A stretch of DNA of 64,000 nt from an uncultured Planctomycetales bacterium (GCA_964427405.1 CAYRUB010000006.1:15558-79557); one strand, 5' to 3'. Shown: positions 31,035 to 40,983, numbered from the stretch's first letter. Program-made: numbers and translations. The notes: generated by a model from the letters alone, not told the origin.

Positions 31035-32122
31035 TGTTGAAAAAACAAAAAAAATACAATCACAGGATTGACCGTTGGGCTGCTGTTGGGCCTTACTATG
31101 CTATGTTTCCCATAGATTTTATTTTCAATGTTATTGAAAAGCATTCAAAAAATGGAGATATTGTTCTTGACCCTTTTGCCGGAAGGGCTTCAAGTATTTA
31201 TGCTGCAAGTTTACTCGGTAGAAGAGGAGTTGGCATTGAAATTAATCCTGTTGGATGGATATATGGCAAGGTAAAACTTAATCCAGCTCCTAAAAGTTAT
31301 GTTTTAAAACGACTGTTAGAAATAGATGGTTTAAAAAAACGTTACAATTCTGTTCAGAGGAACTTGCCAGAATTTTTTCGCCGTTGTTATTCACCCCAAG
31401 TTCTTTCATTTTTAATATCTGCTCGACGTAACTTAAAATGGAGAAATAATGCTGTTGATAGGACTTTAACAGCCATAATTCTTATTTATTTGCATGGGAA
31501 AATCCATCAATCACTTTCTAATCAGATGCGTCAAGGTAAAGCCATGTCCCCTCAGTACTCTGTTAAATGGTGGAAAAAGAATAAACTAAGCCCTCCTAAT
31601 ATTAATCCGGTAGATTTCTTGACGAAACGAATTGATTGGCGATATGCCAAAGGGAAGCCTAACTTTACGAAGAGCAAAATTTTGTTCGGGAATAGTGTAA
31701 AAATATTGCAAGATTTAAAAAATAGGGAGAATAAGAAATTTGGCTTACTAGTGACATCGCCTCCTTATTTTAATGTAACAAACTATTATTATGATCAATG
31801 GCTCAGGCTATGGTTATTAGGAGATCAGCGCCAACAACCTGAGAAAATGTACGCAGGTAAATTCGCATCAAAGCCAAATTATGAAAATTTGTTAAAATCA
31901 GTTTTTAAGAATTCCGCCCGTCTTATGAAAAAAAATGCAGTGATATATGTAAGAACGGATGCAAGAGATTTTACTTTGAAGACAACTATAGATGCATTGC
32001 ATGCAGCATTTCCCAAGAAAGTGCTCAAAACTTATCGGAGGCCATTTAAAAAACAGACACAAACTGCTTTGTATGGAGATAAAACTAAGAAGCCCGGAGA
32101 GGTAGATGTTATACTACGATAA
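31034..32122 (+). CDS. DNA methyltransferase (N4-C/N6-A type)
   Basis: GPYYAMFP, VLDPFAG, GIEINP, TSPPY. Confidence 0.85.
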   Translation: MLKKQKKYNHRIDRWAAVGPYYAMFPIDFIFNVIEKHSKNGDIVLDPFAGRASSIYAASLLGRRGVGIEINPVGWIYGKVKLNPAPKSYVLKRLLEIDGLKKRYNSVQRNLPEFFRRCYSPQVLSFLISARRNLKWRNNAVDRTLTAIILIYLHGKIHQSLSNQMRQGKAMSPQYSVKWWKKNKLSPPNINPVDFLTKRIDWRYAKGKPNFTKSKILFGNSVKILQDLKNRENKKFGLLVTSPPYFNVTNYYYDQWLRLWLLGDQRQQPEKMYAGKFASKPNYENLLKSVFKNSARLMKKNAVIYVRTDARDFTLKTTIDALHAAFPKKVLKTYRRPFKKQTQTALYGDKTKKPGEVDVILR

Positions 32123-32173
32123 ATTTTTTTGGTTAAGATTACTTAAAAATTTATTTTTAAATAGGGAAATAAG

Positions 32174-33214
32174 TTGAGCATAAAATTAATTACATATAAC
32201 GATGTTCTTCAGGAGCTACCACAGACAAAATATCTACTTTTAGGCAATGGTTTTAGTATCGCCTGTAGTAAGAAGTTTGAGTATCCAAACCTATTTGAAT
32301 ATGTCAGAAAAACCAGCCTTAGTACTCATGTATTAAAAGTATTTGAATATCTGGGCACAAATAATTTTGAAGGTGTAATGCGTTTGCTTGAGGATTCCAA
32401 ATGGATAGCAAAGCACTATGGATTGGAACGCGCTAAGGGTGTAAAGGCCTCTATTTCTAAAGACTTAACATCAATAAAGAAATCTCTTGTTTCTGCTATT
32501 GCTAAAACGCATCTTCCTAATCCTGGCACCATATCTGATGATCGGAAAAATAAATGTGTTGTTTTTCTTGAGCCCTATCAGAACGTCTTTACAACTAATT
32601 ATGATTTGTTACTTTATTGGGTTGCAAATCATGGACAAGATAAATTAAAAGAGCAAGATGGTTTTAGGGCATCTATCGATGATCCAAGCGCTGCATATCT
32701 GGTTTTTAGCGAGCATCTTGGTCAAAATAAAGGTATTTTATTTTTACATGGAGCATTGCATCTTTATGTTGAAGGGGGAGAAACCCGGAAACATTCCTGG
32801 ATAAGAAGCAGTAAGTCATTAATTGAGCTAATAAAAGAAGGTTTAGAAAAAGGTCAATACCCGCTTTTTGTTGCGGAAGGAAAAGCAGATAAAAAAATGG
32901 CTCAGATTCAAAGAAGTGGGTATTTATTTTATTGCTTAGGGAAGCTTGAGCGTATTGCAAGCCCATTGGTAGTTTATGGTTTGTCTTTCAGTGAGAATGA
33001 TCAACATATTATTAATGCGATTGCCGATAATCGTAATCTCGATCGTGTTTTTATAGGTTTACATGGGAAGATAGATAGTCGTACTAATAAGCAAATTATA
33101 CATATCGGTGACTGGATGATGAAAAGGCGCAAAGAATATATAACCAAAGGACGGAAAGCAAAGGAGCTCAATATTAGTTATTTCAGATCTGATACAGCTC
33201 CGGTTTGGGATTAA
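32174..33214 (+). CDS. DUF4917 (SIR2-like) protein
   Basis: LLLGNGFSIA, TTNYDLLLYW, LHGALHL, PLFVAEG, NDQHI. Confidence 0.8.
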   Translation: MSIKLITYNDVLQELPQTKYLLLGNGFSIACSKKFEYPNLFEYVRKTSLSTHVLKVFEYLGTNNFEGVMRLLEDSKWIAKHYGLERAKGVKASISKDLTSIKKSLVSAIAKTHLPNPGTISDDRKNKCVVFLEPYQNVFTTNYDLLLYWVANHGQDKLKEQDGFRASIDDPSAAYLVFSEHLGQNKGILFLHGALHLYVEGGETRKHSWIRSSKSLIELIKEGLEKGQYPLFVAEGKADKKMAQIQRSGYLFYCLGKLERIASPLVVYGLSFSENDQHIINAIADNRNLDRVFIGLHGKIDSRTNKQIIHIGDWMMKRRKEYITKGRKAKELNISYFRSDTAPVWD

Positions 33215-33220
33215 TAAAAA

Positions 33221-34303
33221 ATGGTAGAGGATATTATTTTCTTAGGAGCTGGTGCTTCAAGGGCAGAAGGCGCGCCTTTGCAGGCCGATTTATTTAAAGA
33301 ATATTTCAAATTGTGTAAACCTACTTTAGATAGCAGGCCGGGTGAGAAGACTTTATACAATCGAATGCGTAAATTTTTCTCTGATTTCTTTGGAATCAAT
33401 ATTAATATCGATAATCTGGATAAAGTTTCTTTTCCTACCTTTGAAGAAGCCCTAGGAATTTTAGAAATAGCTATAAGAAGAGAAGAACTCTTTAGGGGAT
33501 GGATATCAGCCTCAGCTAATTCAGACATAAAGATACAGCGTTATAGACAGAGTTTGATTTATCTTATTGGTACTGTTCTTGAGCGTGCCCTCCGAGGAAA
33601 AGCTACTTATCATCGAAGATTAGTGCAGCAATTACAGAACCAAAAAAGGCTTATCCAGACAGCTTTTATCAGTGTGAATTATGAAATATTAATCGACAAT
33701 GCCATAATGGAGTCTGAGCATATTGATTATGGAGTGCCTACTCTAAAAAGTCAAAATCCTTATTCAGAGCATTTGATGATACCTAACAAAGAGCCTATTT
33801 GCGTATATAAATTGCATGGTTCGCTAAATTGGCTTTACTGTCCGACTTGTATTTCATTAACTATTACTCCATTTACTAAGTCGGGAGCTGAGCTTGTTCA
33901 TGAATCTAAACTATGTGAAAAATGCATGAGTAAGGTAGTTCCGATAATTGTTCCACCCACTTTCTTTAAGGTTATGTCGAACCACTTTTTAGAGCAGATA
34001 TGGTATAAAACCGATGAGCTTTTAAGAACTGCTAGAAGAATCATTTTTTGCGGTTATTCCTTTCCAGATGCCGATATTCATATTAGATATTTGCTGAAGA
34101 GAGCAGAGCTATATCAAACTCGCGGATTAGAAATTTATGTGATTAATTATCATAACTCTAAAACCGTAGAAGAAGCTCGAAACGAAGTAAACCGATACAA
34201 ACGTTTCTTCAAAAATAAAGGGTCAGTTCATTATTTGCAAGGTTCGTTTGAGCAGTTTTGTGAATCTGGTAAGCCCGACATGCCCGAATTTGAATTCACC
34301 TAA
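33221..34303 (+). CDS. SIR2-like protein with Zn-binding insert
   Basis: FLGAGAS, VNYE, KLHGSLNW, CPTC..CEKC, IVPPT, GYSFPDAD. Confidence 0.85.
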   Translation: MVEDIIFLGAGASRAEGAPLQADLFKEYFKLCKPTLDSRPGEKTLYNRMRKFFSDFFGININIDNLDKVSFPTFEEALGILEIAIRREELFRGWISASANSDIKIQRYRQSLIYLIGTVLERALRGKATYHRRLVQQLQNQKRLIQTAFISVNYEILIDNAIMESEHIDYGVPTLKSQNPYSEHLMIPNKEPICVYKLHGSLNWLYCPTCISLTITPFTKSGAELVHESKLCEKCMSKVVPIIVPPTFFKVMSNHFLEQIWYKTDELLRTARRIIFCGYSFPDADIHIRYLLKRAELYQTRGLEIYVINYHNSKTVEEARNEVNRYKRFFKNKGSVHYLQGSFEQFCESGKPDMPEFEFT

Positions 34304-34367
34304 ATCAGAGTCTGGTCTTGATTATATGTCCCGCAACCATAAGCCCTGTCAAAAAGAATAAATTATC

Positions 34368-34396
34368 TTGACAAAGCTAAAATGATTGTGTATACT
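34368..34396 (+). promoter_or_regulatory. Sigma70-like promoter
   Basis: TTGACA-N17-TATACT upstream of 34414. Confidence 0.65.
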
Positions 34397-34413
34397 CTCT
34401 ATAGGTAAACATT

Positions 34414-35124
34414 ATGCAGACCACAGAATCCTTATGGAATACCTTAATACTCTATGAAGACCTTTTAGAGCACCTCCGCTTGAAGGGTAAGGACAAGAAC
34501 TGGTTTGATACGATCCGCACAAGATACGATATGCGTCATGAGCCGATCATCAAGCCATATGATAAGCTTATTGCATCTGGCAGAAAGAGTAAGCACGGCC
34601 GCCGGGTTTTTTACTTACAAGCTATTCTGCCATATCTTGATGAGATAATAGATCTGCATGATAAAGGCGACCTTACCTATCCAGAAATCAAAAAAAAGAT
34701 GCAAGATAAAACAGATGTTCTTAAAAGGCTGCGCGATGCGGATCTTAATGTTGACGAACAGATGGAACCTGAGAGCTTCTTTATCGATTTCCAGACAGCC
34801 AAGGCAAAGCTAGGCAGTTTCTATGGCTGGGGTGATGATTCGCAGGATATCAAGCTATTAAATCACGTATATCAGACTCGCTGCGAAGAGGGGAAGCGGT
34901 ATTTTGAATTGACCAAGAAAATACAGTGCTTGATCGCGGAAGGCCATAAAGCAGAGGTAGAGAGGCTAAAGGAAGAGCGGGACAAAGTCGGCGATACTCT
35001 TAATTACTGCAGGGCGATAATGCTTGCTTCAATAGAGCATTGCGCCGATCTTATAAAAAAGAAAAAGATAGAGATTAGAGAGGAGGATAAAGAGCATGCG
35101 CGATCCGCAGTATTAGAAGGATAG
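34414..35124 (+). CDS. Hypothetical protein
   Basis: 236-aa ORF behind a consensus promoter; helical; no family recognised. Confidence 0.6.
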   Translation: MQTTESLWNTLILYEDLLEHLRLKGKDKNWFDTIRTRYDMRHEPIIKPYDKLIASGRKSKHGRRVFYLQAILPYLDEIIDLHDKGDLTYPEIKKKMQDKTDVLKRLRDADLNVDEQMEPESFFIDFQTAKAKLGSFYGWGDDSQDIKLLNHVYQTRCEEGKRYFELTKKIQCLIAEGHKAEVERLKEERDKVGDTLNYCRAIMLASIEHCADLIKKKKIEIREEDKEHARSAVLEG

Positions 35125-35187
35125 TTTTTTTTGCCTATAAATGATTATGTAAATATAATTAGATAGACAAATAAAGGGAGGAGATAT

Positions 35188-35514
35188 ATGGAAGACAGAA
35201 TTAAAATCAGCTGGTGTAGAAGACTAGAACAATGGCTTGACGGTATGCCATTTGAAGAGAAGCTAAAAACGCTAGAACATGGAAGGCTGCTAACCTGTCT
35301 ATGTTGCGGGTTTACTGTTTTTGATAAGGAGAAGCCAGAGGACAGGATACAAAGGAAATGCGTAGCAGGTAGTCGTGATCATGCGTTCATGGAAAGCGAG
35401 TATTATATTATTCTCAAGCGAGGATTCTCGGGAATAGTTGATATGGTGAATTATAATCCTCCTGAAACATCGGAAGATGCCGTAGTTCGATATTTTAAAA
35501 GCAAAAGAAAATAG
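35188..35514 (+). CDS. Hypothetical protein
   Basis: 108-aa ORF with ggagga RBS. Confidence 0.55.
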   Translation: MEDRIKISWCRRLEQWLDGMPFEEKLKTLEHGRLLTCLCCGFTVFDKEKPEDRIQRKCVAGSRDHAFMESEYYIILKRGFSGIVDMVNYNPPETSEDAVVRYFKSKRK

Positions 35515-35550
35515 GAAACATATCAATTAACCATGACCATGGAGGTGTTT

Positions 35551-36825
35551 ATGGACATCAGAAAGATTAAGATTGAGGCGATTAATCCGGCGCCGTATAA
35601 TCCGCGTAAAGATCTTAAACCGGGAGACCCTGAGTATGAGAGCTTGAAGAAAAGCATACTTACGCATGGTTGTGTGCAGTTGCTTGTTTGGAATATCCGC
35701 ACAGGCAATCTTGCCGGCGGGCATCAGACATTTAAGGTGCAGCTTGAGCTTGGCGTAAAGGAAGTTCAGGTGTGCGTTGTTGATTTGTCTCTTGAGCAAG
35801 AAAAGGCGCTAAATATCGCCCTCAATAAAATTCAGGGAAGTTGGGACAATGAAAAACTCGCAGCGCTTTTAGATGAATTAACGAAAATACCGAATTTTGA
35901 TACAACCGTTACGGGCTTTAATGCCGTAGAGATTGGGCAGATTTTTGACCGCTACCAAGAACCTAAGGACGTGGATGACTATGATTTTCAATCGGCCCTG
36001 GATGATATTGTAGAACCAGTGACAAAAAGAGGCCAGGTAATTACGCTCGGCGAAAGGCATAAAGTTATGTGTGGAGATGCGACGAGTAAAGAGGATCTTA
36101 ATATACTTCTCCAAGGAGAGAAAGTTGCTCTTTTGGACATTGATTGGCCCTATAACGTAAATTATATGGGAGGAAGCTGCCCGCGTTCTGATACTCGTCC
36201 TAAGGGGTCTCGTAAATGGGACGCTATTTATTCAGACAATATGCCGCAAAATGAATATGAAGCATTCATGCTGAAGGTTCTTGTTAATATAAAACCTTAC
36301 TTAAATCCCGGCGCAGCTTTCTATCAGTGGCAAGCACATCGACAGCTTGGTCCGCTTTATCAGATTCTTACTCAACTTGATTTTCATGTTTCCTGCCTTA
36401 TCTGTTGGGCTAAAGAGTCAGCTGCAATATCTTATGCGGACTATAGTTTCCAGACAGAACAGGCGGTTTATGGATTTTTGAAAGGACAAAGTCACTATTT
36501 CGCAGGGAAGCCAGGCGAGTCGAATTTGTGGCAGGTAAATCGTGATTCTACTAAACTTTATTTGCATCCATGCCAGAAGCCAGCAATTTTAGCCGAACGC
36601 GCAATCAAAAATTCATCAAGACGTAATGATATAGTTCTCGATGTTTTTTTAGGATCAGGATCTGTTTTGATTGCTGCAGAAAACCTTGACCGGCGTTGTT
36701 TTGGGATGGAGCTTGATCCGCGCTATTGTGATGCGATTGTTAGGAGATATATTGCTTTCGTAGGCGTAGATAAGGTTTCGGAAGATTTGCGTAAGAAATA
36801 TCACAAGGAGGTTTCCAATGGATGA
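35551..36825 (+). CDS. ParB-like N-terminus + DNA methyltransferase (phage-type)
   Basis: PAPYNPRK, GGHQ, ALNIALNKIQG; DWPY motif IV variant, HPCQKP, DVFLGSGS, MELDP. Confidence 0.88.
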   Translation: MDIRKIKIEAINPAPYNPRKDLKPGDPEYESLKKSILTHGCVQLLVWNIRTGNLAGGHQTFKVQLELGVKEVQVCVVDLSLEQEKALNIALNKIQGSWDNEKLAALLDELTKIPNFDTTVTGFNAVEIGQIFDRYQEPKDVDDYDFQSALDDIVEPVTKRGQVITLGERHKVMCGDATSKEDLNILLQGEKVALLDIDWPYNVNYMGGSCPRSDTRPKGSRKWDAIYSDNMPQNEYEAFMLKVLVNIKPYLNPGAAFYQWQAHRQLGPLYQILTQLDFHVSCLICWAKESAAISYADYSFQTEQAVYGFLKGQSHYFAGKPGESNLWQVNRDSTKLYLHPCQKPAILAERAIKNSSRRNDIVLDVFLGSGSVLIAAENLDRRCFGMELDPRYCDAIVRRYIAFVGVDKVSEDLRKKYHKEVSNG

Positions 36826-37498
36826 TAGTAAATCAATATATGACGATGAAGAGCCTATTCTTTCTCTTATTCAGCAAATCAAAGATGGTACCTTAAATCC
36901 TAAAACTTTACCTAGGGAAAAAAGACAGTGGTGTGTAGAGTTTCTTTCTAGCGAAGGCTATACAGAGGCGCAGATTGCACAAGTAATAATGAGAGCCGAG
37001 AAAACTGTGTATCGTGATTTGATAGAGATACAGGATCGTAATGCCATGACGCCGGATATTAATTCGGCTAAACGCATTGTAGGAAATATGTTTCAGAAGG
37101 CTATGACACATCATAAGTATCTAATGCGACTTGCGCGCAACCCAGATGCTTCTAATGGAGAAAAAACTCAATCGGAGTTTCTGGCGTGGCGCGTTTTAAA
37201 GGAGGTGGTAGAAAAAATGCAAACATTAGGGTATCTTCCCCTGAAGCCTCAGGAGATTGTAGAAGATATTTTTCATCACGTAACAAATGGGAATGGTGAG
37301 GAAGGAATTACTGAAGCTAAAAATATGATAGGTGAGATTGAGCGCGCAGCAAAAGAAGCCGGAACGCTTGATCTAGAGACCGAAGAGAAGATTAGGGCTA
37401 TAAGGACAAAGATTGAGCAAGTAGAGATTAATCAGGAAATAAATAAACTCAAGAATAAAGAAAATAAACCAAATGACACAAAAGGAGACTCAAAATGA
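36818..37498 (+). CDS. HTH-containing protein, possible small terminase subunit
   Basis: GYTEAQIAQVIMRAEKTVYRDL HTH; directly upstream of and overlapping TerL. Confidence 0.5.
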   Translation: MDDSKSIYDDEEPILSLIQQIKDGTLNPKTLPREKRQWCVEFLSSEGYTEAQIAQVIMRAEKTVYRDLIEIQDRNAMTPDINSAKRIVGNMFQKAMTHHKYLMRLARNPDASNGEKTQSEFLAWRVLKEVVEKMQTLGYLPLKPQEIVEDIFHHVTNGNGEEGITEAKNMIGEIERAAKEAGTLDLETEEKIRAIRTKIEQVEINQEINKLKNKENKPNDTKGDSK

Positions 37499-39126
37499 AA
37501 AATAATATCGTAAGTGACCTATCAAGGCTAAGAAGGCAGGAAGGCAGCAAGTCGCTGCTTGCGTTCGCAAAGTTATATATGAAGCATCATTTAGAATGCG
37601 AGCTATCCCCGGCTCATCTTGAAATATACCGTATTCTTGGTACAGCAACTACCGAGAGAGGTAAAAAGATTGCCATCGCCGCACCGCGCGATTTCGGAAA
37701 AAGCACTATGGTTACCTTAATTTACATGGTTTACAGTATTTGTTATTCGAAAGAGAAATTTATTGTGATTATTTCGAATACAGCTTCACAGGCAAACCAG
37801 ATATTAGATAACATCAAAAAGGAGCTAACGGAAAATGAATTGCTAAAGCTGGACTTTCCGGAAGTATTTGAATCAAATGGTAAATTTAAATTGTTGCGCT
37901 GGAGGCAGTCAGATATAATCACCCGCAATAAGGTTTTGGTTTTAGCATTAGGTTCAGGTCAGCAGATACGCGGACGCAGATTCGGAGTCGCCCGCCCGAC
38001 TTTAGTTGTGGCTGATGATTTGGAGGATTCCGAGAATACCTTTGGAAAAGAATCGCGAGATAAGATGCAAGACTGGTATGAAAAGTCGGTTTTAAAGGTA
38101 GGTTCGGAGGATACCAATTATATTTTCATTGGTAACCTTTATCATCCCTATAGTTTACTAAGCGAGTATGTTTGTCCGGATAAGTATCCAACGTGGATTA
38201 AGAGGGTGTATTCCGCCATTGTAGTTTGGCCTAGACGTATGGATCTTTGGGAGGATAAATGGGCTAACATATACAACCATAAGATAGAATTCAATGGGGC
38301 GAGCGGCCCTGTGGTAGCTTATCAATATTATCAAGAGAATCAAATAGCGATGGACGAAGGAACTGAGCTTCTCTGGAATGCGCGATACAGCTTGCACAAG
38401 CTAATGGGAATACGGCAAGAAAATGAGCTTAGTTTTCTCTCTGAATTTCAAAATACGCCAGTTAATCTCAGGGATTGCCTTCTTGACATAGACAATATCG
38501 TATACTGGGATACATCCGAGCGATCCGTTGATGACCTGCTAAAGTCATTAGGTGATAACGTAAGGTTTTATGGCGCATGCGATCCGAGCCTTGGGTTAAG
38601 CACGGTTAAGGGGGATTTTTCGGCTATTATCGTATTGGCAAAAGACGAAGCCTCTAAGACGCTATATATCATAGTAGCCGACATAGAGCGCCGGCCAATT
38701 GAAAAAATAGTTGATGATATTTTAGCTTATTCCCTGAGGTATAAATTTATTAAGTTTGGAATAGAGGGTAATCATTTCCAGCGAGTTCTTGTTGATTTAG
38801 TTAAGGAAAAGGGGGAGAAGGCAGGACTTTATATCCAGCTTGAGACAGTGATCAATAAGGATGACAAGATTGCGAGGATTCAGTCTTTGCGGACGTGTTT
38901 AAAAAGTGGGAACTTACAATTTAGCAAGAAACATAGACAACTTCTGGAGGAGTGCAGATATTTTCCGAAAGGCAAGCACGATGACGGATTGGATGCTTTA
39001 GAGATGGTAGTGAATCTATCTAATGATAATGGGTTTTCGTTCTGGTTTGCCGGCAGCACAAGGCCAAAGCCTTTCAGTGATGACGAAATAGGTCCCTATG
39101 GATACCGCGGATGGGGAAGAAGGTGA
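37495..39126 (+). CDS. Phage terminase large subunit
   Basis: APRDFGKST Walker A, IRGRR, VADDLE, CDPS..DFSA, IEGN, HDDGLDA nuclease motif. Confidence 0.9.
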   Translation: MKNNIVSDLSRLRRQEGSKSLLAFAKLYMKHHLECELSPAHLEIYRILGTATTERGKKIAIAAPRDFGKSTMVTLIYMVYSICYSKEKFIVIISNTASQANQILDNIKKELTENELLKLDFPEVFESNGKFKLLRWRQSDIITRNKVLVLALGSGQQIRGRRFGVARPTLVVADDLEDSENTFGKESRDKMQDWYEKSVLKVGSEDTNYIFIGNLYHPYSLLSEYVCPDKYPTWIKRVYSAIVVWPRRMDLWEDKWANIYNHKIEFNGASGPVVAYQYYQENQIAMDEGTELLWNARYSLHKLMGIRQENELSFLSEFQNTPVNLRDCLLDIDNIVYWDTSERSVDDLLKSLGDNVRFYGACDPSLGLSTVKGDFSAIIVLAKDEASKTLYIIVADIERRPIEKIVDDILAYSLRYKFIKFGIEGNHFQRVLVDLVKEKGEKAGLYIQLETVINKDDKIARIQSLRTCLKSGNLQFSKKHRQLLEECRYFPKGKHDDGLDALEMVVNLSNDNGFSFWFAGSTRPKPFSDDEIGPYGYRGWGRR

Positions 39127-39143
39127 CATCTGCTTTTACGTAA

Positions 39144-39229
39144 TTAATTTCTAAGATCTAGCAATTTAGAAATATTATTATTGAACGCCTTACTGAGTCT
39201 TCCCAAGTGTCAATTTTGAAGGCAGGAGA
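39144..39229 (-). pseudogene. Frameshifted 3' remnant of an XRE HTH paralogue
   Basis: Reads SPAFKID/LGRLSKAFNNNISKLLDLRN*, versus neighbour PSAAKIDTLQKLAKAFNIPLSKLLDFK*. Confidence 0.65.
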
Positions 39230-39253
39230 TTAGGATAGGGTAATGTTAAGACA

Positions 39254-39286
39254 AGAAACGCCACGATTAATAATCGTGGCGTTTCT
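39254..39286. terminator. Perfect hairpin, likely bidirectional terminator
   Basis: agaaacgccacgatta-a-taatcgtggcgtttct between convergent genes; homologous to 40752-40780. Confidence 0.7.
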
Positions 39287-39325
39287 GTTTAATAAATGGC
39301 TTTGTTAATTTAGATAAGAATAAAT

Positions 39326-39544
39326 TTATTTGAAATCCAGTAATTTCGAGAGTGGGATATTAAACGCTTTCGCAAGCTTTTGAAGGGTATCTATCTTTGC
39401 GGCAGAAGGGTGTTTACTTTCTAGTAATTGGATGTGCTTGTAATCAATATTAGAAAGCTCCGAAAGCTTCTGTTGTGTATATTTATATTTCTTTCTAAGT
39501 TGCTTCAATCTAGTTGCTAATTTAAGTCTTACTTCATTCTCCAT
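39326..39544 (-). CDS. XRE-family HTH transcriptional regulator
   Basis: LKQLRKK..TQQKLSELSNIDYKHIQLLE..TLQKLAKAF. Confidence 0.88.
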   Translation of the reverse strand: MENEVRLKLATRLKQLRKKYKYTQQKLSELSNIDYKHIQLLESKHPSAAKIDTLQKLAKAFNIPLSKLLDFK

Positions 39545-39675
39545 AATTAGAATTATCTCATATCTTTGTTCCCCTTTACACCGTGTGCATACGGTGATAT
39601 AATTAATTTTCACTTGCTATTTAACATGATTTATGGCAATGATTACCATGAGAGGAACTTATACCGGAGGTGACC

Positions 39676-40725
39676 ATGGATACAGAAAAGCGCAATGTGT
39701 GGCAAGTTGGTACTGGTAGTCAGGAGCGTTCCTACGGAAATATTTTCTTAAAATATGACGTAATGGCTGTAGGGCCGGGAGATGATGGTTTTTATAACGA
39801 GAAATTATATTCTCCTTACGGTGATATTAAAAACAGTATTAGGCGTTTTTATCAAAATGCCAAGAAAGGCGATTTAGTAGTTTTACGGTTAGGCACTGGC
39901 CAGGTGCTTGCGCTTGGCGAAATAGCGGATGACGGCCCTGTTATAAATGAGGAATTCGCTGACATTGACGACTATCACTTGCAGCATGTCCGCAGAGTAA
40001 GATGGTTCCCCAATACGGCGAAGGGTTTTCCCGTAAGAACGCTTGGTGGGCAGGTAAGAACTTTTGCAGGAGTTAACGCTTCCAGTGTACTTCGTTGGAT
40101 CGGAAGGGTGAGAGTTTCTTCTAAAGTGTTGCATAGGAAATTAAAGCATCTTCCTAAGCCATCAGTTAGTCTCTCGTCTCAGGAGTTAAAAAGAGGACTT
40201 GTTGCTTCTGGATTGTCTATGGAGCGAACTAATAAGGTTGTTAATAGACTTAATTCCTTGCGAATGATAGCGCAATGGTATAAAGATGAAGAAAAGAGAC
40301 TTGGAAAACGGCCATCTGAGCATGAAACGGTTGCTTACATGGTTATTCCATTCCTTCAATCGTTAGGCTGGATGCGCGAGAATACTGCTATTGAATGGAA
40401 TGGGGTTGACGTTGCCCTGTTTGATCGACTGCCGTCTAAAGATACATTTCTTCGCTGTGTAGTGGAGGCGAAAGCTTTTGGGAGTTCAGTCTTTAAGCCA
40501 TTTGAACAGGCTGCTGATTATGCGCGAGTAAAAGGGCGGGATCATTGTAAGAAATTAATTGTTACAGATGGAATACGCTACACATATTTTAAAAAGCAAG
40601 GTGGTGAGTTTAGTCCACAATCGAGGCCGCAAGCGTATTTGAATATCATGCGCATGAGAAAGAACTATCCTCTATATGACTGTGATGGAGCTGTGGAAGC
40701 GATTAAGGGGATGGTAATGGCATAA
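39676..40725 (+). CDS. Putative restriction-type nuclease (PUA-like N-terminus + HsdR-N-like PD-(D/E)xK)
   Basis: KGDLVV..ALGEI..RRVRW; IPFLQSLGW, VDVAL, VEAK, QAADYA, TDGIRY. Confidence 0.6.
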   Translation: MDTEKRNVWQVGTGSQERSYGNIFLKYDVMAVGPGDDGFYNEKLYSPYGDIKNSIRRFYQNAKKGDLVVLRLGTGQVLALGEIADDGPVINEEFADIDDYHLQHVRRVRWFPNTAKGFPVRTLGGQVRTFAGVNASSVLRWIGRVRVSSKVLHRKLKHLPKPSVSLSSQELKRGLVASGLSMERTNKVVNRLNSLRMIAQWYKDEEKRLGKRPSEHETVAYMVIPFLQSLGWMRENTAIEWNGVDVALFDRLPSKDTFLRCVVEAKAFGSSVFKPFEQAADYARVKGRDHCKKLIVTDGIRYTYFKKQGGEFSPQSRPQAYLNIMRMRKNYPLYDCDGAVEAIKGMVMA

Positions 40726-40751
40726 GTGGTATAGAATACTGTTAAAATAGG

Positions 40752-40780
40752 AAGCGCCGCGGCTTATAACCGTGGCGCTT
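40752..40780. terminator. Hairpin/terminator homologous to 39254
   Basis: aagcgccgcggcttataaccgtggcgctt followed by T-run. Confidence 0.65.
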
Positions 40781-40799
40781 TTGTTTAGAGGTTGTTTTC

Positions 40800-40852
40800 A
40801 GAGAGTCTTTCTGACGTTCCGTATTTCTGGTCACCTTAAGGGAATTACCTCT
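40800..40852 (+). repeat. ~54-bp att-like site (family member a)
   Basis: agagagtctttctg..cgtatttctgg..ctta..ggaattacctct. Confidence 0.7.
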
Positions 40853-40983
40853 TGTGACATGTCTTGGGAGCGTTTGTTTGGCGAATACGTAAAAATACCC
40901 ACGGATTATAGGCAAGATTTCAAGCGTAAACCGTCCTTTTTATCCCTTAAGTTTTTATTTACGTGGTATAATATGAAACAAAA

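Noticed and set aside
27553-34303. Assignment to Nezha, Thoeris or DISARM
   Set aside because: NurA rather than Sir2 is the direct HerA neighbour; no TIR/SLOG or DrmA/B genes recognised
35551-39126. Intact prophage
   Set aside because: No portal, capsid, tail or lysis genes recognised
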